A stretch of DNA of 64,000 nucleotides from Antedon mediterranea (GCF_964355755.1 NC_092679.1:16537432-16601431), one strand, 5' to 3'. Shown: positions 12,183-26,300, numbered from the stretch's first letter. Notes: a model not told the origin generated them from the letters alone. Made by a program: numbers and translations.

Positions 12183-12660
12183 GTGAGCGGCCACCTCCCT
12201 TAATTAGTACATTTGGTACCTTCCGTAAGGGGCCACCTCCCTTAATTAGTGCATTTGGTACCTTCAGTAAGCGGCCACCTCCCTTATTAGTGCATTTGGT
12301 ACCTTCCGTAAGCGGCCACTCACCTTATTTAGTGCATTTGGTACCTTCCGTAAGCGGCCACCTCCCTTATTAGTGCATTTAATACCTTCCGTAAGCGGCC
12401 ACCTCCCTTATTAGTGCATTTGATACCTTCCGTAAGGGGCCACCTCCCTTAAGTAGTGCATTTGGTACCTTCCGTAAGGGGTCACCTCCCTTAATTAGTG
12501 CATTTGATACCTTTCGTAAGCGGCCACCTCTCTTAATTAGTGCATTTGGTACCTTTCGTAAGCGGCCACCTCCCTTAATTAGTGCATTTGGTACCTTCCG
12601 TAACGGGCCACCTCCCTTAATTAGTGAATTTGGTACCTCCCGTAAGCGGCCGCGGCCACT
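12183..12660 (+). repeat. 41-42-bp minisatellite at a Tc1/pogo-like transposon end
   Basis: About 11 units of GTAAGCGGCCACCTCCCTTAATTAGTGCATTTGGTACCTTCC, starting just after a CAGTTGAAACTC terminus-like motif at 12170. Confidence 0.9.
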
Positions 12661-13560
12661 TTTTTTTTTACAAAAAATTAGATTTTTTGTATGGTAAATT
12701 ACCTCTCGTAAGCGGCCACCCGAAAAATTTGTATTGACTTTTGACAACAAAAATACAGTTTTCATACTTATGTGCTTTATATATTAGTTTTATTTCGAAG
12801 CGGTTTTAAAAACATTTCTGTAAAAAACATTCCTGTGTTTTTAGGTGAGATGAGAAAACTGCACAGATTTTGACCATGTTTTGACCGACCATTTTCATAT
12901 GATAAAAGCTTCTAAAATGTGTCTGAAAATCATCATAAATAATACTAAACCACCTGATCATAAGCAATAAAATACAACCATTTGGAGAACTTAGAGGCCC
13001 GTTGCGTTAAAAACGCCGAAAATACAGTACATAGCCCAACGGCGCAGATCCGTTTTTAATAGTGAGGGGTGGGTAGGGGGGGGGGGTATAAAAATGAAAT
13101 ATTTTTCGAGCGAAGCGAGCAACATTAGGCTGGGGGCCAGGAGGCCGCCAAGGGGTCGAGGGGCGAAACTAAGATTTCATATTTTATTGGACCATGATTA
13201 TTTGAATCTACTTTAATTTACAGGTGCAGCTAAGTTGAGAAAAGCTGTGGCAGATTTAGGATTTTGAATTACATGGGTAGGGCTCATTAAAAGAAGTACT
13301 AACCTAAAATATCTTTTACAATTGTAATTTTAAATATAAAATTTGCATTTTAACAATACAATTATAGAAATCAATGGAATTTAATTGCAGCATTATCATC
13401 AAATTGATTAGTTTTTTGTTTTAAAGATAAAAAATTAAAATTTGTCTCTAGTAAAACATTGTACAGTAAATAAAGTGCAGTAAAATATTAAGTGATTATT
13501 GTAAAATAATAATACTGTAATGCTTACACTAAGCTTAATAAATTCCTTAATATATTTACT

Positions 13561-16500
13561 TCATCTGATCTTCTTTAAATACTTGACTGTGTCTTTTGTG
13601 AACATGTAACTTAAACTAGATGTTATTGTGGTCGCTGCTGTAGTGTACCTATTACAAGGGAAAAAAAATGTGCTTTGGTCTTTTGATTGTGAGGGTTGGG
13701 TTCAAGTCCATATAAAAAATCCTTTTAACTTTTATACTTTCTCATTTGGGTCACACATGTCATGGTCAGAGAACACCTCTATTATTGGGACACTTTCCTA
13801 TGATACAAACAAACTGGAAATATATTTTGTAACATATGATCAACCCTGATTCTGGGGACACCTCTATTCAGTGGATACACTTATTCAGTAAAGCGACTTT
13901 TTGTTGGGTCTCAAAGGTGTCTCCTCAAATTTGGAGATAAAAGAATTATAAGGATTTATAATGTTTTAACACTATGGCCAAAACTAGGTGATAAGTTTAC
14001 TCAGGGGTCATCAGTATTCAGACGATACCCCTACTCAGACACCCGTATAGGAGGAATTTTGTTGGGTTCCAAGTGTCCCCCTTTAATAGGGGTTCCGCTA
14101 CACTTACCTTAACATTTGTAGATAGGAATGGTCAACATAATTGAAAACAGGAGCACCAAGAGTGAATCCAAGAAGAGCTAATGTAACAGCAGTATGAAAC
14201 TAAAGAAAATAATGAAACTTTGTCAAAACATAAGCTCCTAAGTGGAGGTAACAAAACTTCCTGAAATCTGGAAATTGAAAAATTTAGATCTGCCTATGTA
14301 CATTAATCCATGGTGTTTTGTTCGTGTGTTCGTTTTCCCATGACATAGGTGTCGTAGGGGCGTAGCAGAAGCCATATCTCCTCTCTGGGCCGGCGTGGGT
14401 TTTTGCTGGATGGCCGTCGTCGGTTCTCTTGAACCGACGCCCTTGTGGGTGTCCAACCACCTTCCACACCATGCTCCTAAAGGAGTTGATATGGTTACCG
14501 GTTTGGTCGCCAGTTTGTGACAGTGGCTGTGTTTTGTTGGACTAGTACACCGGGGTAACCCCCTAAAGATGTACTAGGTTCTTTAAAGTGCACATGAGCT
14601 ATGTGTACATTGGACTTACAGTTGAGCAAACAAATAATTGAACATCTTAATGAATGTATGAATGACTCACCTTTCCAAGGAATGTTGGTTGCATCTGAAT
14701 GGTGGCATGCCGTACATCAAAGAACCGTTGTAAAGTGAATGGTGGTGGTAGTGATATAAAACGGTAATAAAACCCAGCAAGAACCAAACCAATATCTCTA
14801 CCAATGATCAAGGCTGTCAGAGACACTGTAAAAGAAAATGTTCTTGAATGGAAACTGTACTACAGTGGAAACCCTATGTGTGTGTGTGCTAAAATTATGA
14901 ACTACATTTTGATGTCTATTTAGTATTAATATTATTAATTACCAATAGTAAATAAATCACTGAATAAATCAGATAGGTGGTAATCCCCTTGAAGAGGGGC
15001 AATCTTGTGAACCAGTTCACCAGGGTAACCCCCTACTCGTCTCGAATGATGAACTGGGTTCTTTAAAGTGCACACAGACAAACTTTTATTTTATAATTGT
15101 ATTTTTGGAATTTTTTTCTTTTTAGACACATTTTATGTTTCCTTTTCATTTTTCACTCCTTTTTAAAACATTGGAAATATTGTCGGTCTTTGTATTTGTA
15201 TTAAACTTTTATTGAAAATTGTTTAATGTCTTTTTATGAATGTTTTTAATCTATTGTTCTAAAAAGACAGGACCATATCCTGTCTAAAGATGTTTTTAAA
15301 TAAATACAAAAGTTTATAGTCCTCAATTTTAAAAATATCTTGGATATGCCTCTGAGTAGTGAATTTAATTTTTTTTTTTTTTAAATGGATAAAATACCTG
15401 GTATAAGTCCTTGCATACATAGTGTTATCATTAATATTCCAACCAGAAACTTATCTGCTAACGGATCTAAGATTGATCCAAGGACGGATTGCTGGTTTTT
15501 GAAGTTGCGGGCAATGTAACCATCAAGCTGAAACAAAAATGATAATTTTGTTGGTTATCCTTCTTTACTTTGAGTTTAATATAGACATTGTGGGTGTAGG
15601 GGAAAATTATGCTTGGTGATTTTTCCACCCACACCTCGAACTACAGTAGAAAATAAAGAACAAAAATTAAAGTCAAGATTGCGGCAGTTTTCCTTTTCTA
15701 TATCAGAGCAATAATTGGAACGACTTATCACTTACTTAGAAAGCAGTTGTGGCACCAACGATTAATAAATATAAATCAGAGATTGAGAGCTACTGGACAA
15801 ACCGCCCATTGAAGTTTAACCCATTAGGAGAACGTAGGAAGGAAGGCCCAGCGAGGCATATAGTACAAGCACTTGCTTTAAGTGCAAAAAGAAACTAAGT
15901 AAAACCAACCATATCAGTTATCCCTGTGAAAACGAATAATCCAAAGCTGAGAAGGTAGTATTCATTAAGCACTAGATAGCCAAGAACAGGTGAGAGAATG
16001 ATTCTTGAGGTTGTCAGAAGATTTGGTATAGTCATGATGTTTTCTCTCTAAAATATAAACAATTAAAGTCAATTTTTTGTATGGTAAATTAATCAAACAT
16101 TTAAATCAGGTCAAATTACCTGAATATTTGCATTTAACAAATCATTTATACATTTTTCTATTGTATTCAAATAACAATAATAATATATATATATATTTGC
16201 TTTTCTGGCTGTTTTGATTTAGCTTTTCTCTTTTTTTTTAAATCTCCATTGAGATCCAGCCACTGATACCCACAGCATTTCCTTTGTTTTGTCATTTTCA
16301 CTAATTTGACTTTGGATTTATATAATAATTTTAAAAATATAATATCCGTTTCTAATCTTACCCATTCTTTCACTTTCTTCTCAACCTTCTTGGTCACATT
16401 TCTTGCTTTTGTTTGGATTTCTCTTCTAGAAAAGCTTTGGAAATAAATTGGTGACAGACAGCCAAACTGACGTGTCAATCTTCTGCAATCTTGACTCCAA

Positions 16501-16832
16501 AGTTGGTGAGAAGTCATTGATTTTGTTATTATTGGCAAATGTTTTATTGCATTATTAATATTAGATGAATGTTTGTATATTTCATTATCATAAAATGGGT
16601 TTATATAACAATCCGTTTGTAAAAACAAGTCATCGCCTCCATGTAGCTTCCTAGGCTTGCTTCCAACAGTGTTCAAAGCCAGCTTCTGTGTGTTCTGACC
16701 GTGGGGTGTTTCGGATGAGCAGTCCGTTTGAAAGTTTGCCACAGGCCTAGCCCTACTAGACCAGGAGAACGACGTAGATTCACAGGCTAACAACCTGCTT
16801 TGCAATCTATTCATTAAATAGTAACCTTTCAT
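13561..16832 (-). CDS. CRLS1: Cardiolipin synthase (CDP-alcohol phosphatidyltransferase)
   Basis: Exons (minus) 16832-16362, 16047-15910, 15527-15398, 14825-14671, 14199-14108 and 13648-13561 join in frame. [18 protein letters not shown]|[26 protein letters not shown] (CDP-alcohol phosphotransferase motif), IIGRD, GAPVFNY. Long transit-peptide-like N-terminus. Confidence 0.95.
14296..14625 (-). mobile_element. Deu-domain SINE fragment
   Basis: Reverse complement contains GTCCAATGTACAC...GTGCACTTTAAAGAACCTAG...GGGGGTTACCCCGGTGTACT, shared with the SINE at 32062. A second fragment lies at ~14955-15080. Confidence 0.7.
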
Positions 16833-17240
16833 CTTTTCTACGCCATATATAATTGCATATTGTACTTAATAAATAATACAATTACCTAGGTCTAGTCTCT
16901 AGTCTGGCGAAAAAATGTTTGTACAACATGGGCGCAGACATTTTGATTTGCTAAGGCTTTTCAACATTTGTTTTATAGTATTTCATATTGTTAGACTCTT
17001 TATTTACCAAATAAAAATTTTAAAGTTATTCATAAAACATTAAAGTTAATATAATTATTATAAGTTATACTAAGTTGGAAAACTATAGTATATGTTTAAG
17101 TAAATATATGAATAAAACTAGTTTTTTTGCAAATGTTCGTCTGCTAACTTTGTAGAGAGCGTGTGACGTGTACTTGTCAACCGTCAACAATACCTAAAAT
17201 TAGTTTTTCCTGTGTTTAATTACTTTTACATTCCTTTTAA
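16833..17240. promoter_or_regulatory. Probable bidirectional promoter CRLS1/GNPNAT1
   Basis: Head-to-head start codons ~410 bp apart; a CRE-like TGACGT at ~17165. Confidence 0.6.
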
Positions 17241-19434
17241 ATGGAGGTAGTATTTCAATCATTTTATTCCAAAGATATATTTTATAAAACATTGTATTTT
17301 TACTATATATCTGATCATAGTGACACCGAAAGTGTAGGCCGTTTTGAATTTGTGTAGATTCGCTGCGAGTTTAGCCAGAGTCGGCGTTTTTTCAGAGCTA
17401 GTGAAGTTTTAACTTGGTCGTTTCGTCCCAATTTGTATTCAAACATAAGGCTACTGTATATATAATATAATTTACTTTTATTATCTTTCAGAACGTAACA
17501 GATGACCTCCCAATTTTTGATCCAGATATTCTAAAAAGACTTGATTATGAAACCTTAACAAATCTATCATATTCCACGCCAAGGTCGCCACAAAAGCCAG
17601 GAGAATCTCTGATTATGAGACCACTGTCTGCCACTGATTATCAAAAAGGTTTAGTTTATTTAAATTGTACAATATAACATTTTTTTAAACTGTAAAATAT
17701 AAATAGAATTGACAAACAATGATAAACCTAATAAGTAAGAGTAAATACATGGGGCATTCAGTTCAGTGTTGATTCATTAGTCTGTTTTTAAATATATATT
17801 TTTTTGTTTATATAATTTACATTACATACGGATGTCATATATCATTGATCCACATTAATCCACTGGATTATAGTGCTGAAATCAGCGATGTCCAGTCATC
17901 ATATTGTTGTCAATATTTTATCTGTCAGCCATAATGACATTTTTCCATTTTTTTTCTCAGTATTTTTTTATTTTGTGACAACTTTTAATGTACTCTTATT
18001 TTGTTAAATGTCTTTATTTACAGGATTCCTTGACCTTTTAAGGCAGTTGACATCTGTTGGTGAAGTAACAGAAGAACAATTTATAGGTAGAATAATGTTT
18101 TAAGAGCAGGTTTCTTTATGAACCATGGTAATGCCCCTCCCCCAAATAAACTGCTTTATTGTACTCAAAATACTGTGTGCTTTGAGCACTGACTTCATTA
18201 CTGTATAAGCACATTTCTTAAATGTGGGCTGATTTGTTAATGTTGGTGTTTCAACTTATTTCCTTTGCGAAGAAAAAGAGCATTTTGGCCAGATTAATGT
18301 TGGCTAATATGGTATTGGTATCAGCCACATATTTTGAGCATCAACATTTCTTGTATTTAGGTGATTAAAACTGACATAGAATTTCATAAATTGACATACA
18401 ATTTCCATAATTAAAACATTTTTTATTACAGAGCAATTTGAACATATGAGATCATGTAAGAATACATATTATATAATAGTGATAGAAGATGTATCAACCG
18501 GGAGAATAGTAGCATGCGGAACATTAATAGTGGAAAGAAAATTTATTCATGCCTGTGCTACTGTAAGTATTCAAGCCATATTTTATATGTAATTCTATAT
18601 AGCGCACAACCCAATTATATTATGTTGTGAGGTAATTTCCCGCATGATCACAATCAAAAACGGTACTGGGTTTGGTCTACTAGCAGAGTAAAATAATGTT
18701 TAGCATTCCCTAAAAATGACTTGTATCGGCAATCACCAACAAAACTCATTCGAACTTGGAATAGGTCTTTTAAAATTTCTTCTAAAAGCAGTTATCAATT
18801 TAAGGCATCTACAGTAGTACAGTAGAGCTCACCCTTATTGTTGACACTTTCCAGACAAACAAACAAACAAACAAACAAACAAACAAACAAACAAGGGCAA
18901 TATAAGTTTTAACACAACAGCCAACCCCTATTATGCGGAGAATTTGTTGTATGGGATCAACTGTATTGCTTTTCAAGCACAAAGTAAAATAGTGTCCCAA
19001 TGTGTCATTTCCATGCCATCAATCAAAAACCATTGTCCCTATTCAAGCAGTTACTAAAGAGTTTTTGTCATTTCTCAGAGAGGACTAATTGAAGAGATTG
19101 TGGTTGATTCAAATTATAGAGGTCAGCAACTTGGTAAATTGTAAGTACTGTAAATTATTATATCAACATTGATGTTAAATATTCATTTGATTTATTTAGC
19201 TAGATAAGTCTTTACATTTGTTGTTCTAAAAACGACTGATTATAAACACACTAAAACTAGTTTGTTTTTCATAATTTTTTTAGAATAATGGACACATTAA
19301 CAATAATCAGTAAACACATAGTAGGCTGCTACAAGACGACACTTCAATGCAAAGTTGAAAATGTTCCATTTTATGAAAAGTTTGGCTATAAACAAGATGA
19401 ACAAGTCTTCATGCAATATAGGCACAAGTTGTAG
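17241..19434 (+). CDS. GNPNAT1: Glucosamine-6-phosphate N-acetyltransferase
   Basis: Exons 17241-17246, 17492-17648, 18024-18086, 18432-18562, 19079-19140 and 19284-19434. PIFDP, PGESLIMRPL, GFLDLLRQLT, VERKFIHAC, RGLIEEIVVDSNYRGQQLGK, GCYKTTLQC, NVPFYEKFGY. The 6-nt first exon (ME) is the least certain part. Confidence 0.94.
18855..18893 (+). repeat. (AAAC)n microsatellite
   Basis: About 9-10 perfect AAAC units. Confidence 0.95.
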
Positions 19435-21113
19435 ACTCATTTTAAGGGAAGTAACTATCTGCACAGTCAACCGTGCGTGTAAATTATAAAATTCTATCGG
19501 CATGGTCAAACATGCATCTTGCTCTCTATATTGATAAACTACAGAATAAAGGTGCCTGGTTGAATTTGCTTATAGAAAACATTGCCAAAGATCAATAGAA
19601 AAAATGAATTTACACATAAAGTCAACTGTGCCTATAGAAAATGTTAAAACTATAAGCACAGTTAACTGTACTAATAGCCTTTTCCTATTTAAATACAGCT
19701 TATAACATGAAGATTCATATTGAATGGTCTACACACACTAAAGAGGTTCCAATGTCAGGTTTCAAATAATAATGGGGTATACCTTGATTGGCACTTATTA
19801 GCCAATTCTGTTCAGTTTAATTCCAGACCAACATGGTCGTGACCTTCCATCCTGAAATATGTTAATATTATATTAATGTTAACATTTTGGACATGTGCAA
19901 ATACACATTTGTTGTGAGTTGTAGCACAATATTTTATTATGCAGTCATTTTTAGCAGTTATTTATATTTAATTACATTTAAGTGAGCATCTTTTTTGTGT
20001 CATTTTTTTTGTTATTTTTAGGATATTTCATGTGTAAAGCGCTTAGAAATTCTATTCTATGCTAATATGAGACAATTGTTATTATTGTGGTGATGGGTAT
20101 TTGTTTATCTGACTGTACTGCTCAATCAGAAAAAAAAATATGTTTACAATGAAGATGTGGTCTAGTTATAAACCTATTTTTTTTAGTCATTGGCCATTCT
20201 AAACAATTGTAATGCACTGCTTGGCACCAAAGACCTAAAGGAATAAGAGTGAAATGAAGTATGCACTTGTTTGTTATGATAGCTTCTGTTGCTATTAAAT
20301 TCTGCAAAAGGTATCACAATAATTTAACCTGATTTAATATTAAGTATATGACCATAATAAAATAATAATGTTACATATTTGTATAATTATATTTGAATAT
20401 TTTGAAGATATTTATAAAGACTATATTTCTATAAAGTTGACAGTACAGTAGTTTTATGTAAAGTATTTTAAAGAAAATGAATTGTTCTTAATAAAAGTAT
20501 TTAACTTTAAAAACAAACTCAATATGATTTAAATAAATACATTTTGAAATATTGAGTCATGGCTTGCCTCACTTTTTTCAGTTTGTTTTAAACTATTGTA
20601 TATCAAGTGGACATTCTAGTAACTTACTTAATTTTAAATTTAATCGTAATTTTTAGGTTTATTTTTGAATGTTACCTCACCATTGTATGTATGGACATTA
20701 TTATTGTTTAAATAAAATCAAAGTATATGAATAATAATAAATTTAATAATTATGAAAATGAATAGTGTTACAATATATCTGGTATTGTATGATATTGTGT
20801 GTACAGTTTTGTAATTTGTTAGTGATATGACAAAGTAACATTGATTGCGTAGTACTTCATAAAAACAGCATTTCATGCAAAAAAATAATTTAGTAGCTTA
20901 AAAAACACATGATTCAACTTCAAGAATTTTAATTTTGCTATGTTTTATTTGCAATACATTTTTAAAAAGGTGTAGTTTAATTAACTACTAGTATATATAA
21001 GACTAAGTATTTGATGTCAATTTAATGAAAACACAAAATCAATATCACAGCGTAGTGTCTGTAGTCACATTGGTATCACTTTGTGGTGTTCTGTCTCCAG
21101 CAAATTCGACTAA

Positions 21114-21313
21114 AGGCCAATTTACAGACAAGCAGTTACGGTAAGCGGAAAACAAAAATATAGAACCATGTTATTTCTAATGACTATTTAACACAAAAAC
21201 ATAGATAGGATTGGCAGTTGAGCGGAAACATGCTCAGGATAGATACAGATTCTACATGGGACAAGCACACGGTTTTCTGCTTACCGTTACCGATTTTCTG
21301 TGTAAATTGGCCT
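21114..21313. mobile_element. Harbinger-like MITE (TIR AGGCCAATTTACA)
   Basis: AGGCCAATTTACAGA...CGGTAAGCGGAAAAC and GTTTTCTGCTTACCG...TGTGTAAATTGGCCT inverted ends. Confidence 0.7.
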
Positions 21314-21893
21314 GATTGGTTTGATGTAATATACAAATTTAAGAGTGGTCATTCACTAAAGCAGTTATACTACTGGCCCGAATTCAATTTTACTGGTCAT
21401 TAGTAATCTTAACACATACAGTATATATGTAAAAACATTTAATGGTCAAAATAGGCCAGTTACTTGGACGTTTTACATGCCTGCCATAATTTTTACTGGC
21501 TACTGGTCAATGGACTTGTAGTATTAAATAAGATAAAAGATATTTTTAAAATGTTAACTTTTATTAGTATTTTTTGTATTTATCATGTATAGCCAGATTA
21601 TTCAGTGTATATTTGTGCTGATTACTAGCTGCATTATGGGAGTATATTTCCATACGTGTTTGATCACAAAAAAACGACTGGGGTAATATGTTCAGCGCTT
21701 AGAGGTTTCACAACATTACAGTAGGCGCTATATAAATCCAGGATATTATTATCAATATTGTTATTATAAAAGATGACAAAGTTGGCAGCCGGTCATACCC
21801 CTTAGGAGTACTTTATAGATGCCATGCATTTACTGTATTGCTTGTACAGCCAGTTCAGTTTATAACTCAACCACAAACAAAACAATATTAATT

Positions 21894-23337
21894 TCAATAT
21901 CTAGTGTCATACGTTTCATATGCAAAATCTTCAGTATGTGTAGGGTCGTATTCCGCTGATATCAAATCTATTTCTAAGGCAAATTCTCCGTCTACAGCGT
22001 CAGCCATCGTCAATCCAATACAGTTTATTATTTCTAGATCAATCGCTGACTGCTTATCTTGGATACGACCTTTGTTGGACAGAAAGAATTTTGAAAATGG
22101 TACCTGAAAAAGATTGAATCATTCTATTAATAATTAAAACAGTAAAAACAAAACAATTAAAAAAATGTAATTGTAAACTTTGGTCTTTTTCATTCAAGTG
22201 GTAGGCATAGTATCCTTGCACAGTCATATATCATTTGCTTATGGTTATCCTTGGCAATTTGCCTAAATATATAAAAAATTAAAACTTGGTTTAACTAGTT
22301 TCTAAGTCTTAAGATTGAAAAAAATTCCTTCCTAATATTTAAAATTATTAAGTAAATATGTACATTTAAAGTTATTTTTAATGTTTAACTGTCAGAATAT
22401 CGAACTCTCTGAAAACATGAAACTTTCCCCAAATCAGATTTTTCTTTAATTCTTTTTTTAACCATTAAAAACACATTCCAGAAAACCAGACATATCAGTC
22501 CAAAAGTGTCCAGTATTGTGAGAGTTTACTGTAAATAATTACCGTCACTTCTTGCCAATGAGGGCCTCCTCTCGTGAACAGAAAGTAACTCCAGATGTCG
22601 TCATTTGTTGCAGTGTAATAATTATCAGCGTACAAGTTCACCATGTACGATCTTCCATCACCTCTTACTCGGAACTTCAATACATTAAATTGCGTTAAAT
22701 CTATTTGAACTTTCTTGTCAAATGCACCCTTCAAAATGAAAAAAATTAATTACGATAAATGACTAGATGTCAGCTAAGTACAACTGATTGCTGATACTGT
22801 ACATGAGGTTCCAAAATAAAGGGGAATGGGTGGGGGTTAACATGGTGTAGGTGGGAGTGATACATTGTTATTCCCATTTGAAATCAATTATACTAGAACG
22901 GATAGAAATATATTATTCATCATCATACTTACATATAATTGTTTAGATTTAATCCCACAGTAACCACTTCTTTCCGTTACTCCGTCTTTTGGTAGAGTTG
23001 TTTTTAGTTCGCCATGAAATAGAAGCCGATTATTTCTACTCATGCATAATTTCGCCCAACTTTTTCCCCCAATTGCGTGATCGGTATGAACGACAAATTT
23101 GTTTATAATATCTTTACTTTCGCTACTCATTATCACCTTATGGGTGTCATACATAGTATCTAATTTTGACCCCCTAAGTTTGTCAAAAACTTCGCCACTC
23201 AAGAGCTTCAGGTTCCTCCTCCAATATGCTGTTATGCTTTCATCGCCGCCAGTGAGCGTTTTGAGTTGGCGTGTCACTGTTGAATTTTTAATCATTTCCT
23301 TTCCAAAGAAAATGCAGTTTTTTAAAGTGGCCTGCAT
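21894..23337 (-). CDS. NDUFAF1: Complex I intermediate-associated protein 30 (CIA30)
   Basis: Exons (minus) 23337-22933, 22728-22543 and 22103-21894. DHAIGGKS, ERSGYCGI, FRVRGDGRSYMVN, YFLFTRGGPHWQEV, VPFSKFFLSNKGRIQD, DPTHTEDFAYE. An acceptor at ~23365 implies a non-coding first exon near 23710. Confidence 0.95.
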
Positions 23338-26300
23338 GTTGCTGTCAGAGAAGCATCATAGAAACCTACAAAATATTTTTGTAATGTATTATTATTATAT
23401 TATATAAAAAAATAATAATTGTAATTTTATAATGTCACTAAAAAAAGTTTTGAACGAAATAGAAATCTCTCACATAATAAAAGAGAAAATGGGGGTGGGG
23501 TTATGGATGGGTTTTTTTTAAAAGGGTGGGGGAGGATGCCGTTGGCGTTGGATCTTTTTAGACTTTTTTGGGTCACAATTTTGGGAAATCTCACCCAAAA
23601 GCCAGCAGCAACTTCAAACTGGACATGCTGTAAGATGAGTTTTTTTTTATTTTAGCTACTTGGGAACTTTCATTAACTTAAATTGTAGGCCTAGGCCTAG
23701 TATACTAACCAAGCTCCGTTAGACTAGGTTAACGGGCTTCGTGAGCCGAACTAAACTTTATCCGATTCCCACACACCATCCCCATGGCGCCTACTACCAG
23801 GGCCTAGAGTAAAGTCTGCTCTTTCTACTTGTAGTAGACAGATCGTACGCTACACTTTGATCTCAGACTACTTATTAGCTATAATATTAACTATATTTTC
23901 TCCTTTACCTTGCATAAATATAAATTATCAGGGAATTATAATGCTTTTTAGGACCGGCGAATACACATTTCTCAAAGACCATGCAAAATATACTGTATTA
24001 CTGGTTTCTTTTCAAACTAAAGAGGTCTCACTGCAGATTTGTGAAAGAGTGTGTGTACGTGTCATGATTGATCTTAAGTTCCTTTTAAAGATGAAATAAC
24101 TAAGTTCGCTATTATTATATCTCTATAAGTTTAAATTAAACATTTCGTTTAATTTTGCTTTAATACACAACCATATGAATAGACTTATGTTATCACACCA
24201 TGTTGAAATTAATAAATAGAAACAAACACAAAACATATAATCAATTGATGTCGATTGATGTGTAATGTTTCATAATAGATTAGTTGTCCTACAACATGTT
24301 GTCTGGTCAAACTCTCCACGCACTGTTTATGATAAATCAACATAGTTTTTTCTTGTGATGGGTCTCGGGCATTATCAGGTACCAAGATCAGGGGCGGACG
24401 CAGGGGTATTGTTGCCCCAGTTGCCTTGTAATTTCATACTAATTTTTTTTCTTCTGTCATTTAACCCATTTAATCATAATAATAATAATCATTAACGTCA
24501 GCATATATATAGGCCTATATATTTTTTTTTATTCAGGTTGAAATTATCAGACCGTTAGGTATAGAGTGCTCAATACCTAGGTAGAGCATAAATAAATAAA
24601 ATAACAGCAGAAAACTTGGTTTCATTGTTTTAATCACTACAAATGTGTTTCGTGCGTCCAGCTACATGCTGGTCGTACGAAACAAATTTTAGTGATTAAA
24701 ACATAAGTGACACAGTTGTCTCATAGTGCTTAATAGAAGTGAGATCAAGAAGTCGTATACAATAGCCTATTGTTTTAGATTTAGATAAACTATTTGGATC
24801 TGCAATTTAGTAAGAATTTTTTCCTATGTCAACAAGTAGAGACTAACTCGTTCTTACGGTTCAGTGAGCATAGCTCTGGTTGACATTATAATAATATAAT
24901 TTTCATATATATACATAAATTGCATCTTTTGTTAATATTTGAGTAAGGTTTGCATTTCTTTATAATTTTCCATTTAATTGAGTAATTTGTTTTAGAGTCT
25001 TTAAGTGTCCATATATATTTACTGAGTTCCGTTGCGTTTCTTAGTTCGTTCCGGAATGAAGACGTATGGTTTCTGTATCTGGTTTTAAACTGGTTTTCAA
25101 TTAGTCCGACATATGTTTCTTCTTTTGATGAATCTGCTCTCTTTACTGTAGCTTGGTAAACTACTACTATATTTTTGGTAAACTACTACTATATATATTT
25201 TGTAGATATTTTTCTGAACATTCTCAGAACAACATTTCTGACTGTTTGGATTGCTTGTGTGCGTCATGAGAGAGTACGAAAAGCCGGCCACACACACTGT
25301 GTTTGTGGAAAGCTCCGTCATTGATTTGCCCATAATTTTTGCATTTTGCCGGGATTCCACATCATTTAAGTATGCCGTAACGTACCATATTTATCTTCAT
25401 TTCCCTACGTCGGTATTTTGAGTCCGTACTTTGAAATAATTCAGTGTTCAATTTCTCCTTTCTGCAAATTTCAATCATATTTTCTTTTCTGGAGTGTGAT
25501 TTTTGTGGTTTGTACGTGCGAGAGTACCATTTCTGGTCATATAGGGGTGTCATCAAAATTCGCTTCCCTACAGGCCCCACAATGGAGGAAGACCTGTGGC
25601 GCAATACTTGATATCTACGGCCTTGGACTCTTAGGCAACCCCTTAAAATAGTCCTGGAGTATGATCAAGAAAGCCAGCTTTACTAATAGCCTACTTCTAA
25701 TGTTCTGTTTGTGTTTTAAAACTACAGGCATGATATTCGAATTACAGTATTTTAGCACCTTTCCTTGTTATTTCGTTTTGTGTTTTTCTTGTATTGTAGG
25801 CCTATATGGCAGAAATTCAATAAATCAAATAAATTTCCTCATATTTCAGACAATAATTTAAATAGGCCAAAAATAATTAAAAGAACAATACGTATGAAGC
25901 GTGTTAGAACTTAGCAATACAATAGCTTTATAAAATAAATGATACAATACTTTTAAGACACACAGATTCACGGACACTGTTTCTCTATTCATGTTCGTTG
26001 TTGTTTATTAATTAAAAGTTTCATATTCTAGGCAAAAAATAATTATGACTATTTAAAGTAGGCATTATTGATTTAAACTAGGTTAGGTCCAGGCCTAGAC
26101 TATGCCTACTCACTTTTATTAAAGAAAGCGGGACCAAGTGCGATTTTTATTTTGAATCGGAAGAAGATTCACCGAGAAAAGGGGTCAACCTTCATGAATT
26201 GAGATCCGGCCGGCCGTTTCCTTTCTCCCTGTTGGTGCAATGCTGCCATATTAATTATTATGTATTCCACTGTTATTTAGCAGGTAACATGTTAGGAAAT

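Noticed and set aside
12183-12660. Regular 42-bp repeats as a CRISPR array
   Set aside because: Head-to-tail units with no unique spacers, no cas genes, and a eukaryotic context. The ORFs over it are repeat artefacts.
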